This document shows, piece by piece, positions 10,401 to 18,334 of a stretch of 32,000 nt of DNA (position 1 is the stretch's first letter; the number at the start of each line of letters is the position of its first letter). The DNA is from Escherichia coli (GTDB lineage: Bacteria > Pseudomonadota > Gammaproteobacteria > Enterobacterales > Enterobacteriaceae). The notes under the pieces were generated by a model. That model saw only the letters and a list, made by a program, of their open reading frames with translations, searched no databases and was not told the DNA's origin. The position numbers and the translations under genes were made by a program. The stretch lies in NCBI RefSeq assembly GCF_031663095.1, contig NZ_CP134366.1; one strand, given 5' to 3'.

Positions 10401-13400
10401 ACGCAGCCGGACGGCACGGTGGAAATCAGTGTCACCAGCCAGACCGCCGGAATCAGTGCGGTCACTGCAACCATCAACAACAGCACCGCGAGCCAGAACG
10501 TGATGTTTATCGCCGATGTCAGGACGGCGAAGATCGCTGATCTGGTGGTCACCCGGGATAACTCAGTGGCTGACGGCGCAATGGCGAACACGCTGCAAGT
10601 GAAGGTTACCGATGCTAACGGTAATACGCTTGCCGGGCAGACGGTCAGCGTGTTGGCGGACAACAGCGCAACGACTGCCCCGACGGTAATCACAGAGCCG
10701 GACGGTATGGTGGAGATCAGTGTCACCAGCCAGACGGCGGGCACCAGTGCGGTCACCGCCAGCATCAACAACAGCAGCCTGAGCCAGAGCGTGAAGTTTA
10801 TTGCCGATGTCAGCACGGCGCAGATCGCGATGCTGGAGGTGACGCAGGATAACGCGGTGGCAGACGGCGCAATGGCGAACACGTTGCAGGTGAAGGTGAC
10901 CGATGCGTTCGGGAATGCACTTTCCGGACAGACGGTCAGCGTGTTGGCAGGCAACGGTGCAACGGTTGCCCCAACGGTGATTACAGAGCCGGACGGCACG
11001 GCGGAGATCCCTGTCACCAGCCAGACGGCGGGAGTCAGTGCAGTCACTGCGACCATCAACAACAGCAGCCAGAGCCGGAACGTGACGTTTGTCGCCGATG
11101 TCAGGACGGCGCAGATCGCGGATCTGGTGGTCATTAAGGACGGTTCAGAGGCAGACGGTGCGACGGCGAACACGCTGCGGGCGAGGGTAACCGATGCATT
11201 CGGTAATGCGCTTGCCGGGCAGACGGTCAGCGTGTTGGCGGACAACGGCGCAACGGTCGCTCCGACGGTCACCACGCAGCCGGACGGGACGGTGGAGATC
11301 TCTGTCACCAGCCAGACGGCAGGAATCAGTGCAGTCACTGCCAGCATCAACAGCAGCAGTCAGAGTCAGAACGTGACGTTTGTCGCCGATGTCAGGACGG
11401 CGAAGATCGCTGATCTGGTGGTCATTAAGGACGGTTCAGAGGCGGACGGTTCGACGGCGAACACGCTGCGGGTGAGGGTCACCGATGCGTTCGGGAATGC
11501 GCTGAATGGGCAGACGGTCAGCGTGTTGGCAGGCAACGGTGCAACGGTTGCCCCAACGGTGATTACAGAGCCGGACGGCACGGCGGAGATCCCTGTCACC
11601 AGCCAGACGGCGGGAGTCAGTGCAGTCACTGCGACCATCAACAACAGCAGCCAGAGCCGGAACGTGACGTTTGTCGCCGATGTCAGGACGGCGCAGATCG
11701 CGGATCTGGTGGTCATTAAGGACGGTTCAGAGGCAGACGGTGCGACGGCGAACACGCTGCGGGCGAGGGTAACCGATGCATTCGGTAATGCGCTTGCCGG
11801 GCAGACGGTCAGCGTGTTGGCAGGCAACGGCGCAACGGTTGCCCCGACTGTCATCACAGGGCAGGACGGTACGGTGGAGATCTCAGTCACCAGCCAGACG
11901 GCGGGAGTCAGTGCAGTCACTGCGACCATCAACAACAGCAGCCAGAGCCGGAACGTGATGTTTATCGCCGATGTCAGGACGGCGCAGATCGCGGACCTGG
12001 TGGTCATTAAGGACGACTCAGTGGCAGACGGTTCGACGGCGAACACGCTGCGGGCGAGGGTGACCGATGCGTTCGGGAACATGCTAGCCGGGCAGACGGT
12101 CAGCGTGTTGGCGGACAACGGCGCAACGACTGCCCCGACGGTCATCACAGAGCCGGACGGTACGGTGGAGCTCTCTGTCACCAGCCAGACCGCCGGAACC
12201 AGTGCGGTCACCGCCAGCATTAACAACAGCAGCCAGAGCCGGAACGTCACGTTTATCGCCGATGTCAGAACGGCGCAGATCGCGAGTCTGGTGGTCATTA
12301 AGGACGGTTCAGAGGCGGACGGTGCGACGGCGAACACGCTGCGGGCGAGGGTGACCGATGCGTTCGGCAATGCACTTGCCGGGCAGACGGTCAGCGTGTC
12401 GGCAGGCAACAGCGCAACGGTTGCTCCGGCGGTCATCACAGAGCCGGACGGCACGGTGGAGATATCTGTAACCAGCCAGACGGCGGGAGTCAGTGCAGTC
12501 ACTGCGACCATCAACAACAGCAGCCAGAGCCGAAACGTGACGTTTATCGCCGATGTCAGGACGGCGCAGATCGCTGATCTGGTGGTCACCCGGGATAACT
12601 CAGTGGCAGACGGTTCGACGGCGAATACGCTGCAGGTGAAGGTCACCGATGCTAACGGTAATACGCTTGCCGGACAGACGGTCAGCGTGTTGGCGGGCAA
12701 CAGCGCAACGGTTGCTTCGACGGTGACCACAAAGCCGGACGGCACGGTGGAGATCAGTGTCACCAGCCAGACGGCGGGCACCAGTACAGTCACCGCCAGC
12801 ATCAACAACAGCAGCCAGAGCCAGAACGTCACCTTTGTACCTGGTGATGCATCGCAGCTCACTTCAACCGTTGAAACAAATAAGTCGAACTATACGGTTG
12901 GAGAGACAATCACCATCACGGTAACGCTCCGGGATGCGTTCGATAATCTGGTAACCGGTGCAGCTTCACAGTTAGCCGCTAATGGTGTGCTGGCGGTGGA
13001 TGGCACCGACCCGTCAGAAACGGGAAGCTGGGTTGAATCAGGTGGCGTGTATACCACAACACGAATGGCGACGATTGCCAGTACCAATCAGCACGCCAAC
13101 CTGCAATTGCAGACGTGGAGTGATGGCGTAACGTCAGATCGCTATGACATACAGTCCGGTTCTCCGGCGCAAGCCACATCAACTATCGCTACGGATAAAA
13201 ACGCCTACACCGCTGGCGACACTATAACCGTCGCCGTGACGCTGAAAGACGCGCACGGTAACCAGGTTGAAGGGGGCGAGTCCTTATTGTCTGGTGATAA
13301 CGTAACAGTAGAAGGAGCCGTACGTTCAGGAGGATGGTCTGAAACCGCCGGTGTTTATACTGCTACATGGTCGGCGCAAATGGCGGGAGACTCTCACCAC

Positions 13401-14990
13401 GCGACGCTGAAGTTGTCTGAATGGGGCAGCAGTAAACAATCAGAGAGTTATTCCATCCACAGCGGTGCTCCGGTGCAGGCAAATTCTGCTATCAGGACAG
13501 ATAAATCGGCATATATCGCCGGGGAGCCATTAACCGTCACAATAACGTTGCGGGATGAGTTTGGTAACCCTGCTTTAGGGCTGACATCAGAAGTCATCGA
13601 GTCTTATATCGATAATTTCGCGGTAGGCGGCGCAACTCCCGATTCTATGCGGTGGGTCGAGCAGAATAATGGTGAATATACTATTGTCTGGACAGCATGG
13701 GTTGCCGAGGAAAATCTGGTTGCCAGTCTGAAATTAAAAACATGGGCAGAGGAGATTAAGTCCTCGTTATACGGAATACAACCAGGTGCAGCGGCAAAAA
13801 ATCAATCCACGATTGTCACGGACAAAACGATATATATCGCTGGGGATAGCATAACGGTAACCGTTGTTCTTAAAGACGCCCAGGGTAACTTTATTACTGA
13901 TGGTGTCGTTCAGCTTAATGAGGAAAACGTACAAGTCAGGAATGCGGATCCTATCCAGGGCAATAATTGGGTTTACAACGGCAATGGGCAATATCAAAGA
14001 CAGTATATGGCGCATTTTGCGGAAGCGAATTTGAATGCGCAACTGAAGATGGCTGGTTGGAGCGATGCCAATTATTCAAACAATTACACTATCAAACCAG
14101 GTGAAGTGAGTCCGCTTGGTTCACAGCTTCGTATACGAGAAGTTTTAGTAGTGGAAGGGGCGGATTTACCTGTCAGTGTTTTATTAGTTGATGATTTTGG
14201 AAATCCGGTGGATAACGGTCTGGATTTGCTGGATGATACAGTGTACTTACAAAATGTAGAAAAAAAAGAAGGGGAAAAATGGAGATATGTGGGTGATGGC
14301 ATATATGAACGTACATATATGGCCTACCAAGAAGGAGAAAATTTAACTTCATTTATGGAGATTAAAGGTTGGCGTATATACGGACAACCATCCTATACCA
14401 TCCTTCCTTTTGTGGAAGTCGAGTTGCTGAGTGTTAATGGTGTAAAATTCAGGGCGACAGATGGTTTTCCAGAAACAGGGTTTGATGGTGCAAAATTCAC
14501 GCTGTTACTAACCCATAATATGAAAAATACGGATTATAATTGGACGGCTGGGATTTATGGAATTAATGTTGACAGTAATGGAGAAGTAACATTATCTGTG
14601 CTGATAAGAAGTGAAGTTACTATTACCGGGAAACCCAAGAATGGTAAAGGGAATGATGTTGTATTTAAATTCAAGATTAAAAAATGGTTTACTAGTTTAG
14701 GTGCTACCAGTAGTAATACCTGGGATATCATAAACACTTCATGTAGCTATGGTCAAATGCCGTCATCTTTAGAATTAGCGCAGCGGCCAAGCGGTGGGGT
14801 AGTACCGCGAAAAGTAGGTACGTTGTGGGGCGAATATGGTAATTTAAAAATTTATGGGAACGCTTTTAGCGGTACGGATTATTGGACAAGCACTCAGCTC
14901 ATGGGAGTACACGAGAAATTTAATCCTGAAACTGGTATATCAGAGCTTGGAACAGGAAAGTCCTCTGGCTTGTGCGTAGAGTATTATTAA
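4443..14990 (+). CDS. air: Giant inverse autotransporter adhesin (intimin/invasin family; Air/EaeX-like enteroaggregative immunoglobulin repeat protein)
   Basis: 3515-aa ORF: signal peptide (RRLTAGICLITQTIFPVMAAAP), LysM-like segment (IPYTLGALESPPTVAARFGITVDELRRLNQF), intimin-type beta-barrel (ARGWVASSASAQATDWLSRWGTARVSLGVDEDFSLKSSSFEFLHPWYETPDNLVFSQHTLHRTDDRTQTNHGIGWRYF...), then many Big-like/invasin domains and a Cys-containing C-terminal domain. Adjacency to eilA and eip genes supports the Air assignment. Confidence 0.9.
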   Translation: MAGKAHGNGDRRGDNTICGLGDRLRRLTAGICLITQTIFPVMAAAPTHINPAHSDTAASLILPNVKTIPYTLGALESPPTVAARFGITVDELRRLNQFRTFARGFDNVRQGDEIDVPLINSNSPEARNLKAMQMERDGKDPQMQVAEVAQQSGTLLARDMDSEQAASMARGWVASSASAQATDWLSRWGTARVSLGVDEDFSLKSSSFEFLHPWYETPDNLVFSQHTLHRTDDRTQTNHGIGWRYFTSSWMSGVNMFIDHDLTRYHTRTGMGVEYWRDYLKLSGNGYLRLSNWRSAPELDNDYEARPANGWDLRAEGWLPAWPQLGGKLVYEQYYGDEVALFGKDERQNDPHAITAGLSYTPVPLISFSAEQRQGKQGENDTRIGMELTLQPGHSLQKQLDPAEVAARRSLVGSRYDLVDRNNNIVLEYRKKELVRLTLTDPLKGKPGEVKSLVSSLQTKYALKGYDIEAASLQSAGGKVAVSGKDIQVTIPPYRFTAMPETDNTYPIAVTAEDSKGNFSRREESMVVVEKPTLSLADSTLSVDQQILLADGKSTSTLTYTARDSSGKPIPGMTLKTQVKGLQDFALSEWKDNGNGTYTQIVTAGKTSGALSLMPQFNGDDIAKTPALIAIVANTASRADSTIETDQDNYVAGKPIVVKVTLRDDNGNGVTGRKELLKQTVKVDNTKADAVSAWTEESEGIYKASYTAHLIGDKLTAQLTMPGWQTKHSDAFSIAGDKDTAKIAAMQITANNAVARRDHNTVAVTVRDVHQNLLQGQNVTFTVVNGAAVFADPNGGIVTTDKDGIASVNLASDQAVNSLIKAEINGSSQSVEVSFITGDISQLTSTIKTDDVSYTAGGKIKVSVTLMDEQKNLVKGMASLLAGSSVVEVSGTDKNETGNWSEESDGVYTTTRTAKIAGDRHYATLKLSTWSSAQQSDAYAIRESGAVLAYSSIVTDKTAYTAGGAIKVTVTLKDSYENLVGGQRDAINLAIQLPNTKAESIAWNEDQKGIYTATYTALLPGTGLKAQLQMSGWANALTSNDYSISGDAASAQIVAMQVTTGNPDVLANGSDRHTVNVRVEDQFGNVLPEQTVTFTVTKGAAVFANAGQSADIRTDAHGMAEVDLSSTVADASTVEAKINQSSDSKTVNFIADVSTAQVAELVVTQDGSVADGATANTLRARVTDAFGNALAGQTVSVLAGNGATTAPTVTTQPDGTVEISVTSQTAGTSAVTASINNSSQSRNVTFIADVSTAQIADLVVSQDNAVADGATANTLQVRVTDAFGNALAGQTVSVLADNGATVAPVVTTQPDGTVEISVTSQTAGSSAVTVSINSSSQSRDVTFIADVRTAKIADLVVTRDNSVADGAMANTLRARVTDAFGNALAGQTVSVTAGNGATVAPVVTTQPDGTVEISVTSQTAGVSAVTATINSSTQSQNVTFIADVRTAKIADLVVIKDDSVADGAMANTLRVKVTDAFGNALAGQTVSVLAGNGATTAPTVTTQPDGTVEISVTSQTAGTSAVTASINSSSLSRNVTFVADVRTAKIASLEVTQDNSVADGAMANTLRVKVTDAFGNALNGQTVSVMADNGATVAPTVITEPDGTVEISVTSQTAGTSTVTASINNSSQSRNVTFIADVRTAQIADLVVIKDGSEADGATANTLRARVTDAFGNALAGQTVSVLADNGATTAPTVITEPDGTVEISVTSQTAGISAVTATINNSTASQNVMFIADVRTAKIADLVVIKDDSVADGAMANTLQVKVTDANGNALAGQTVSVLAGNGATTAPTVTTQPDGTVEISVTSQTAGISAVTASINNSSQSRNVTFIADVSTAQIASLEVTQDNAVADGAMANTLLVRVTDAFGNTLAGQTVSVLADTGTTVAPTVITGLDGTVEISVTSQTAGTSAVTASINSSTASRNVTFVADVRTAKIADLVVIKDGSVADGAMANTLRVKITDAFGNTLAGQTVSVLADNGATTAPTVTTQPDGTVEISVTSQTAGISAVTATINNSTASQNVMFIADVRTAKIADLVVTRDNSVADGAMANTLQVKVTDANGNTLAGQTVSVLADNSATTAPTVITEPDGMVEISVTSQTAGTSAVTASINNSSLSQSVKFIADVSTAQIAMLEVTQDNAVADGAMANTLQVKVTDAFGNALSGQTVSVLAGNGATVAPTVITEPDGTAEIPVTSQTAGVSAVTATINNSSQSRNVTFVADVRTAQIADLVVIKDGSEADGATANTLRARVTDAFGNALAGQTVSVLADNGATVAPTVTTQPDGTVEISVTSQTAGISAVTASINSSSQSQNVTFVADVRTAKIADLVVIKDGSEADGSTANTLRVRVTDAFGNALNGQTVSVLAGNGATVAPTVITEPDGTAEIPVTSQTAGVSAVTATINNSSQSRNVTFVADVRTAQIADLVVIKDGSEADGATANTLRARVTDAFGNALAGQTVSVLAGNGATVAPTVITGQDGTVEISVTSQTAGVSAVTATINNSSQSRNVMFIADVRTAQIADLVVIKDDSVADGSTANTLRARVTDAFGNMLAGQTVSVLADNGATTAPTVITEPDGTVELSVTSQTAGTSAVTASINNSSQSRNVTFIADVRTAQIASLVVIKDGSEADGATANTLRARVTDAFGNALAGQTVSVSAGNSATVAPAVITEPDGTVEISVTSQTAGVSAVTATINNSSQSRNVTFIADVRTAQIADLVVTRDNSVADGSTANTLQVKVTDANGNTLAGQTVSVLAGNSATVASTVTTKPDGTVEISVTSQTAGTSTVTASINNSSQSQNVTFVPGDASQLTSTVETNKSNYTVGETITITVTLRDAFDNLVTGAASQLAANGVLAVDGTDPSETGSWVESGGVYTTTRMATIASTNQHANLQLQTWSDGVTSDRYDIQSGSPAQATSTIATDKNAYTAGDTITVAVTLKDAHGNQVEGGESLLSGDNVTVEGAVRSGGWSETAGVYTATWSAQMAGDSHHATLKLSEWGSSKQSESYSIHSGAPVQANSAIRTDKSAYIAGEPLTVTITLRDEFGNPALGLTSEVIESYIDNFAVGGATPDSMRWVEQNNGEYTIVWTAWVAEENLVASLKLKTWAEEIKSSLYGIQPGAAAKNQSTIVTDKTIYIAGDSITVTVVLKDAQGNFITDGVVQLNEENVQVRNADPIQGNNWVYNGNGQYQRQYMAHFAEANLNAQLKMAGWSDANYSNNYTIKPGEVSPLGSQLRIREVLVVEGADLPVSVLLVDDFGNPVDNGLDLLDDTVYLQNVEKKEGEKWRYVGDGIYERTYMAYQEGENLTSFMEIKGWRIYGQPSYTILPFVEVELLSVNGVKFRATDGFPETGFDGAKFTLLLTHNMKNTDYNWTAGIYGINVDSNGEVTLSVLIRSEVTITGKPKNGKGNDVVFKFKIKKWFTSLGATSSNTWDIINTSCSYGQMPSSLELAQRPSGGVVPRKVGTLWGEYGNLKIYGNAFSGTDYWTSTQLMGVHEKFNPETGISELGTGKSSGLCVEYY
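7902..12848 (+). repeat. Coding tandem array of 17 units x 291 bp (97 aa, Ig-like)
   Basis: Unit consensus RTAQIADLVVIKDGSVADGATANTLRARVTDAFGNALAGQTVSVLAGNGATTAPTVTTQPDGTVEISVTSQTAGTSAVTASINNSSQSRNVTFIADV counted 17 times by hand; 17 x 291 = 4947 bp exactly matches the span. Confidence 0.95.
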
Positions 14991-15003
14991 CGAAGTAATC
15001 ACT

Positions 15004-15031
15004 AAATTGCCCTGCATCAGCAGGGCAATTT
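15004..15031. terminator. Bidirectional intrinsic terminator between convergent air and eilA
   Basis: Perfect 12-bp inverted repeat AAATTGCCCTGC-ATCA-GCAGGGCAATTT located between the stops of two convergent genes. Confidence 0.85.
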
Positions 15032-15041
15032 ATATTCGTTA

Positions 15042-16739
15042 TTACGCAGAAGTACGCATCACACCAATAGTATTAAATTCATTTTTTACACTGAGCAAAC
15101 GGGGGTCATGAAGCAAAACATTTGACCATAAATCATTCTCTTTAATTAATTGTTGCCAGCGCTTTTCATATTCTTTCTTACCATAAACAGTGTAAATTAA
15201 CGGCAAAATCACACCATTGATTTTGTTAGTGTTAATATTTGCCAGTAACTTCATAATGTCATTTTTTATAGATGCGCCATAGATCAGAAACTTCGTATAA
15301 AGCGAGTTAACGCAGGTGTAATCAAGACCATGTTCAGGCTCAAGTTTAAGCAATAAACTTTTGGCTTTGTCATTATGTCCTTTCAGTGCCATGAACATAG
15401 CCAGAATAGAGGTAATAATTGGATTATTACAGGTGTTTTGACTGTTAAGATTTAATGCAAAAGATATCGCGTTATCGAGGGGGGATGTGTAATAAAGTAT
15501 AATTAATTTAAGAATGCTTATGCCCATTTTATTGGGTTCAAGAGCAATGCTTTTTTCTATTAAATTAAATGCTCTTGCTAGGTCACCGTTCAAAAAACAT
15601 AGCAGAGACTGATAATAATAAACGTCTGGCGAATTAGGTTTGAGTAAATGTGCTTGCTTAAATAGCACATTAGACACTGAATGTTCATCTTTTAGCCCAC
15701 TGATTAAACCCAGTAAACCCAATGCCTGAGAATTTGAAGGGTTAATTTCCAGAGCCTTTTCAATGGAGGTTACTGCCGTAGTTATTGCTTGTTTTTGTTC
15801 ACTGATTCCAAGGAGTGCTAATGATATATGGCATTCCGCCAGGCAACAGTAGGGCAAGGTATTTTGCGGTTGCGTACTCACACAATCTCTAAATATTACT
15901 AATGCTCGTTTCAAACTTTCTGGTGTATAACGGTACATTTCCATCCTGCCATTCATATACATAACAGCAGAATCCAGAGATGGCATTTGTTGTGTATTAA
16001 TAGATTTAAAATTAATGTTGGGTATTTTTTCAATAAGAATATTAATTACTTGTGATAATAATACGGAAAGAGGATTATCGGGGTTGAAATCAATACTTTG
16101 ATGATCAATCAATTTATGCGTTCTGGCATGGATTAACTCAATAAATAAACGCCAGTTTTTACCATAGTGAACGACCTGACCCATAATATAATATTCTGGA
16201 CCTGTTTTATTGATAAACTGATGGATGGTGGAGAAATCACTGGCCTCATTTGTTACCGAAGCGGGTAAAATATCTAAACCACAAAAAGCATATTTTGAAA
16301 GGCCCTGGACAAGTTCGTAATGGAGTTTTAGAACATTGATCGAACCTTCAGTACGAAAGGGAAAAACGGCAAGAGTGGTGGTCGACTTTACCGGTTCATT
16401 ATCGGTCACAATCACAATAGGTACAGTAAAACGGTATCCACGACCATAGACCGTTTCGATATACTTACACTGTTTATTCTCATGCAAAAGTTTGCGCAAT
16501 GCATAAATACATCGTGTTAGAGATTCATCACTGGCAACACTCGCGCTCCAGACCTTATCGATAATCTCTTCTTTGCTAACAATTTCACCGTCAGCATTAA
16601 GTAATAGAATGATAACGCCAAGTTCTTTCGGGGGAATATGATATTCTTTGTTTTTGAATAATAATATTCCATTGTTTTTTAATACAAAGTCGCCAAATAT
16701 ATATTGTTGTGTATTATTTTTTCCATGTTGCAGTTGCAT
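15042..16739 (-). CDS. eilA: HilA-family transcriptional regulator (EilA-like), OmpR/PhoB-type winged helix plus TPR-like C-terminal region
   Basis: N-terminal wHTH (YIFGDFVLKNNGILLFKNKEYHIPPKELGVIILLLNADGEIVSKEEIIDKVWSASVASDESLTRCIYALRKLLHENKQCKYIETVYGRGYRF) followed by helical repeats; neighbours air and eip genes. Confidence 0.88.
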   Translation of the reverse strand: MQLQHGKNNTQQYIFGDFVLKNNGILLFKNKEYHIPPKELGVIILLLNADGEIVSKEEIIDKVWSASVASDESLTRCIYALRKLLHENKQCKYIETVYGRGYRFTVPIVIVTDNEPVKSTTTLAVFPFRTEGSINVLKLHYELVQGLSKYAFCGLDILPASVTNEASDFSTIHQFINKTGPEYYIMGQVVHYGKNWRLFIELIHARTHKLIDHQSIDFNPDNPLSVLLSQVINILIEKIPNINFKSINTQQMPSLDSAVMYMNGRMEMYRYTPESLKRALVIFRDCVSTQPQNTLPYCCLAECHISLALLGISEQKQAITTAVTSIEKALEINPSNSQALGLLGLISGLKDEHSVSNVLFKQAHLLKPNSPDVYYYQSLLCFLNGDLARAFNLIEKSIALEPNKMGISILKLIILYYTSPLDNAISFALNLNSQNTCNNPIITSILAMFMALKGHNDKAKSLLLKLEPEHGLDYTCVNSLYTKFLIYGASIKNDIMKLLANINTNKINGVILPLIYTVYGKKEYEKRWQQLIKENDLWSNVLLHDPRLLSVKNEFNTIGVMRTSA

Positions 16740-16887
16740 AGAACGCTCCTTCCGTTTTCTCTATTCATAGTATTAATTTGATTAATATAAAATAAAGTAT
16801 TGGCAGAATTGCTCTATCAAAAAACGCTCATTTTGTAAGATTGTGATGAAGAAATGAATGAAAGCTGATGCTTAATAATATGAAACG

Positions 16888-16910
16888 CTGGTCCCATTTT
16901 TCGGGACCAG
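16888..16910. other. Hairpin CTGGTCCC-N7-GGGACCAG in the eipD-eilA gap
   Basis: Perfect 8-bp inverted repeat with 7-nt loop (ATTTTTC on + strand); no T-tract follows on the minus strand, so it is not a typical terminator for eipD. Confidence 0.5.
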
Positions 16911-16941
16911 ATAGTAGGCGATAATTGTGGGTGTTACTTAA

Positions 16942-18291
16942 TCAGAAACGTAAATAATCTTTCGCTGAATCAAACAACGCAGTAATGGTTGAAGATAATA
17001 ATTTGATAATTGTATCGTAGGTGGAGTTGGCTGTACTGTATTTAGTCGTGATAACCTGCACGTCGGTTTTCATGTTTTCTGCCTGGCCGTTATAACCCGC
17101 CAGCCATGCCTGGTATTCAGCTGTGCTTATTTCATAACCGGTGAATTCTTTAGATATATTTTTTTCCTTCCCTTTATCGTCCCTATGCACCATTGAGTCT
17201 GAAGACTGACTCATACTGTCAATAATCTGAGGGTTGGGAATAATAACATACAGACCGCTACCTTGCGGTTCAACTTCGACAATCGGAGAAGGTGTGCGGT
17301 GTTTGGGATCGGGTGGAATTACCGGAAGTCCTAAAGCGGCGCACCATTTTTCTGCTTCTTCTAGTGGTACACCAATTTTGTCAGCAGGTGCCGGAGGGTA
17401 TAAAACATAGTCTGGATTGTAATGATAGTGGAAATCACCATTAGGATATTTATCGATATAATAAAAATGCATCAAGGCTTTTTGGAATGCATTGACGTCA
17501 AAAACTATCGCATCGCCTTTTTTATTAGAGTGAGTCCATTTTCCCATATTGCTTTGGATATGTTCACTGAAGTCCTGCCAGTATGCGCTCATTATCTCAA
17601 CGCTATTTGCATAGATTTCGAGGTAGTCGCTACCGAGCACACTCATCAAATCAGCAATATCACTGCATATATATTTATCACTTTTAAATTCGTTTGAACT
17701 ACTGGCCGTTAAAGTACTGCTGGTTGCTGAACTTCTCATTTCAGGCGCAGAACTCTCTAAAGAAGCGATAGCGTGATTTAAGGTACCTTTGGTCGATGCC
17801 ATTGCACTTGACCCGGTTGTGTTGTGAGCAACGTTAGCCAGGGTTTTTCTCACAGAGTTATGCAAGGTCAATATTTTAGCGGGATCCTTTAATTTTCCGT
17901 CAATAGTATTAACATTTTCTGTAAGCTGCAGAACGTTTTTTATCAGCGAATAACTTTCGTGTAAGAGCGCAGATCCTTTCTCTGACAGGTTCTCAGTTGG
18001 GAAATTTCTGAGCATGTTTTTAACGAAGTTAAGCTGTATGTCATGCTGGCATTTCCAGTCTTCATTTCGCGGGCTACGTTCACTGACTAAAGTTGATAGT
18101 TTTTCAACATCTTTCTTGAGCATAGCGCCAATATTATTATCCTTACTGGCGCTGTTATGCAAATTACCCTCGCTTTTGCTGTTTTCCAGTTGATGAGGCT
18201 CCTCACTTTGCGAGGATGCCTCTTGAAGAGGAATGTTTGCATTCTGCTGACGTAGAATATCTATATTTAAATTATTATCTTTATTAATCAT
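16942..18291 (-). CDS. eipD: Type III secretion tip/translocator protein, SipD/IpaD family
   Basis: C-terminus ISTAEYQAWLAGYNGQAENMKTDVQVITTKYSTANSTYDTIIKLLSSTITALFDSAKDYLRF is characteristic of SipD/IpaD; operon context. Confidence 0.85.
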   Translation of the reverse strand: MINKDNNLNIDILRQQNANIPLQEASSQSEEPHQLENSKSEGNLHNSASKDNNIGAMLKKDVEKLSTLVSERSPRNEDWKCQHDIQLNFVKNMLRNFPTENLSEKGSALLHESYSLIKNVLQLTENVNTIDGKLKDPAKILTLHNSVRKTLANVAHNTTGSSAMASTKGTLNHAIASLESSAPEMRSSATSSTLTASSSNEFKSDKYICSDIADLMSVLGSDYLEIYANSVEIMSAYWQDFSEHIQSNMGKWTHSNKKGDAIVFDVNAFQKALMHFYYIDKYPNGDFHYHYNPDYVLYPPAPADKIGVPLEEAEKWCAALGLPVIPPDPKHRTPSPIVEVEPQGSGLYVIIPNPQIIDSMSQSSDSMVHRDDKGKEKNISKEFTGYEISTAEYQAWLAGYNGQAENMKTDVQVITTKYSTANSTYDTIIKLLSSTITALFDSAKDYLRF

Positions 18292-18334
18292 GTGTCATTC
18301 CTCCTTAAATATAAGAAACTATTATTGCAATAAT

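Noticed and set aside
7954-11958. Plus-strand 60-aa ORFs spaced by multiples of 291 bp (9448, 9739, 10030, 10321, 11194, 11776)
   Set aside because: Out-of-frame readings of the same repeat unit within air; the periodicity reflects the array, not separate genes.
7902-12848. Regular 291-bp spacing considered as a CRISPR-like or non-coding satellite array
   Set aside because: Unit length is far too large, there are no spacers, and the array is fully in frame inside a secreted adhesin ORF.
7557-12862. Long minus-strand ORFs opposite the air repeats (e.g. 7859..8440, 8747..9613, 9620..11350, 11366..12862)
   Set aside because: They are the antisense frame of a 291-bp tandem coding repeat (a period divisible by 3 keeps any stop-free antisense frame open). 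They encode a low-complexity repetitive pattern (TVCPASALPNASVTLARSVFAVAPSA...) and lack independent gene signals.
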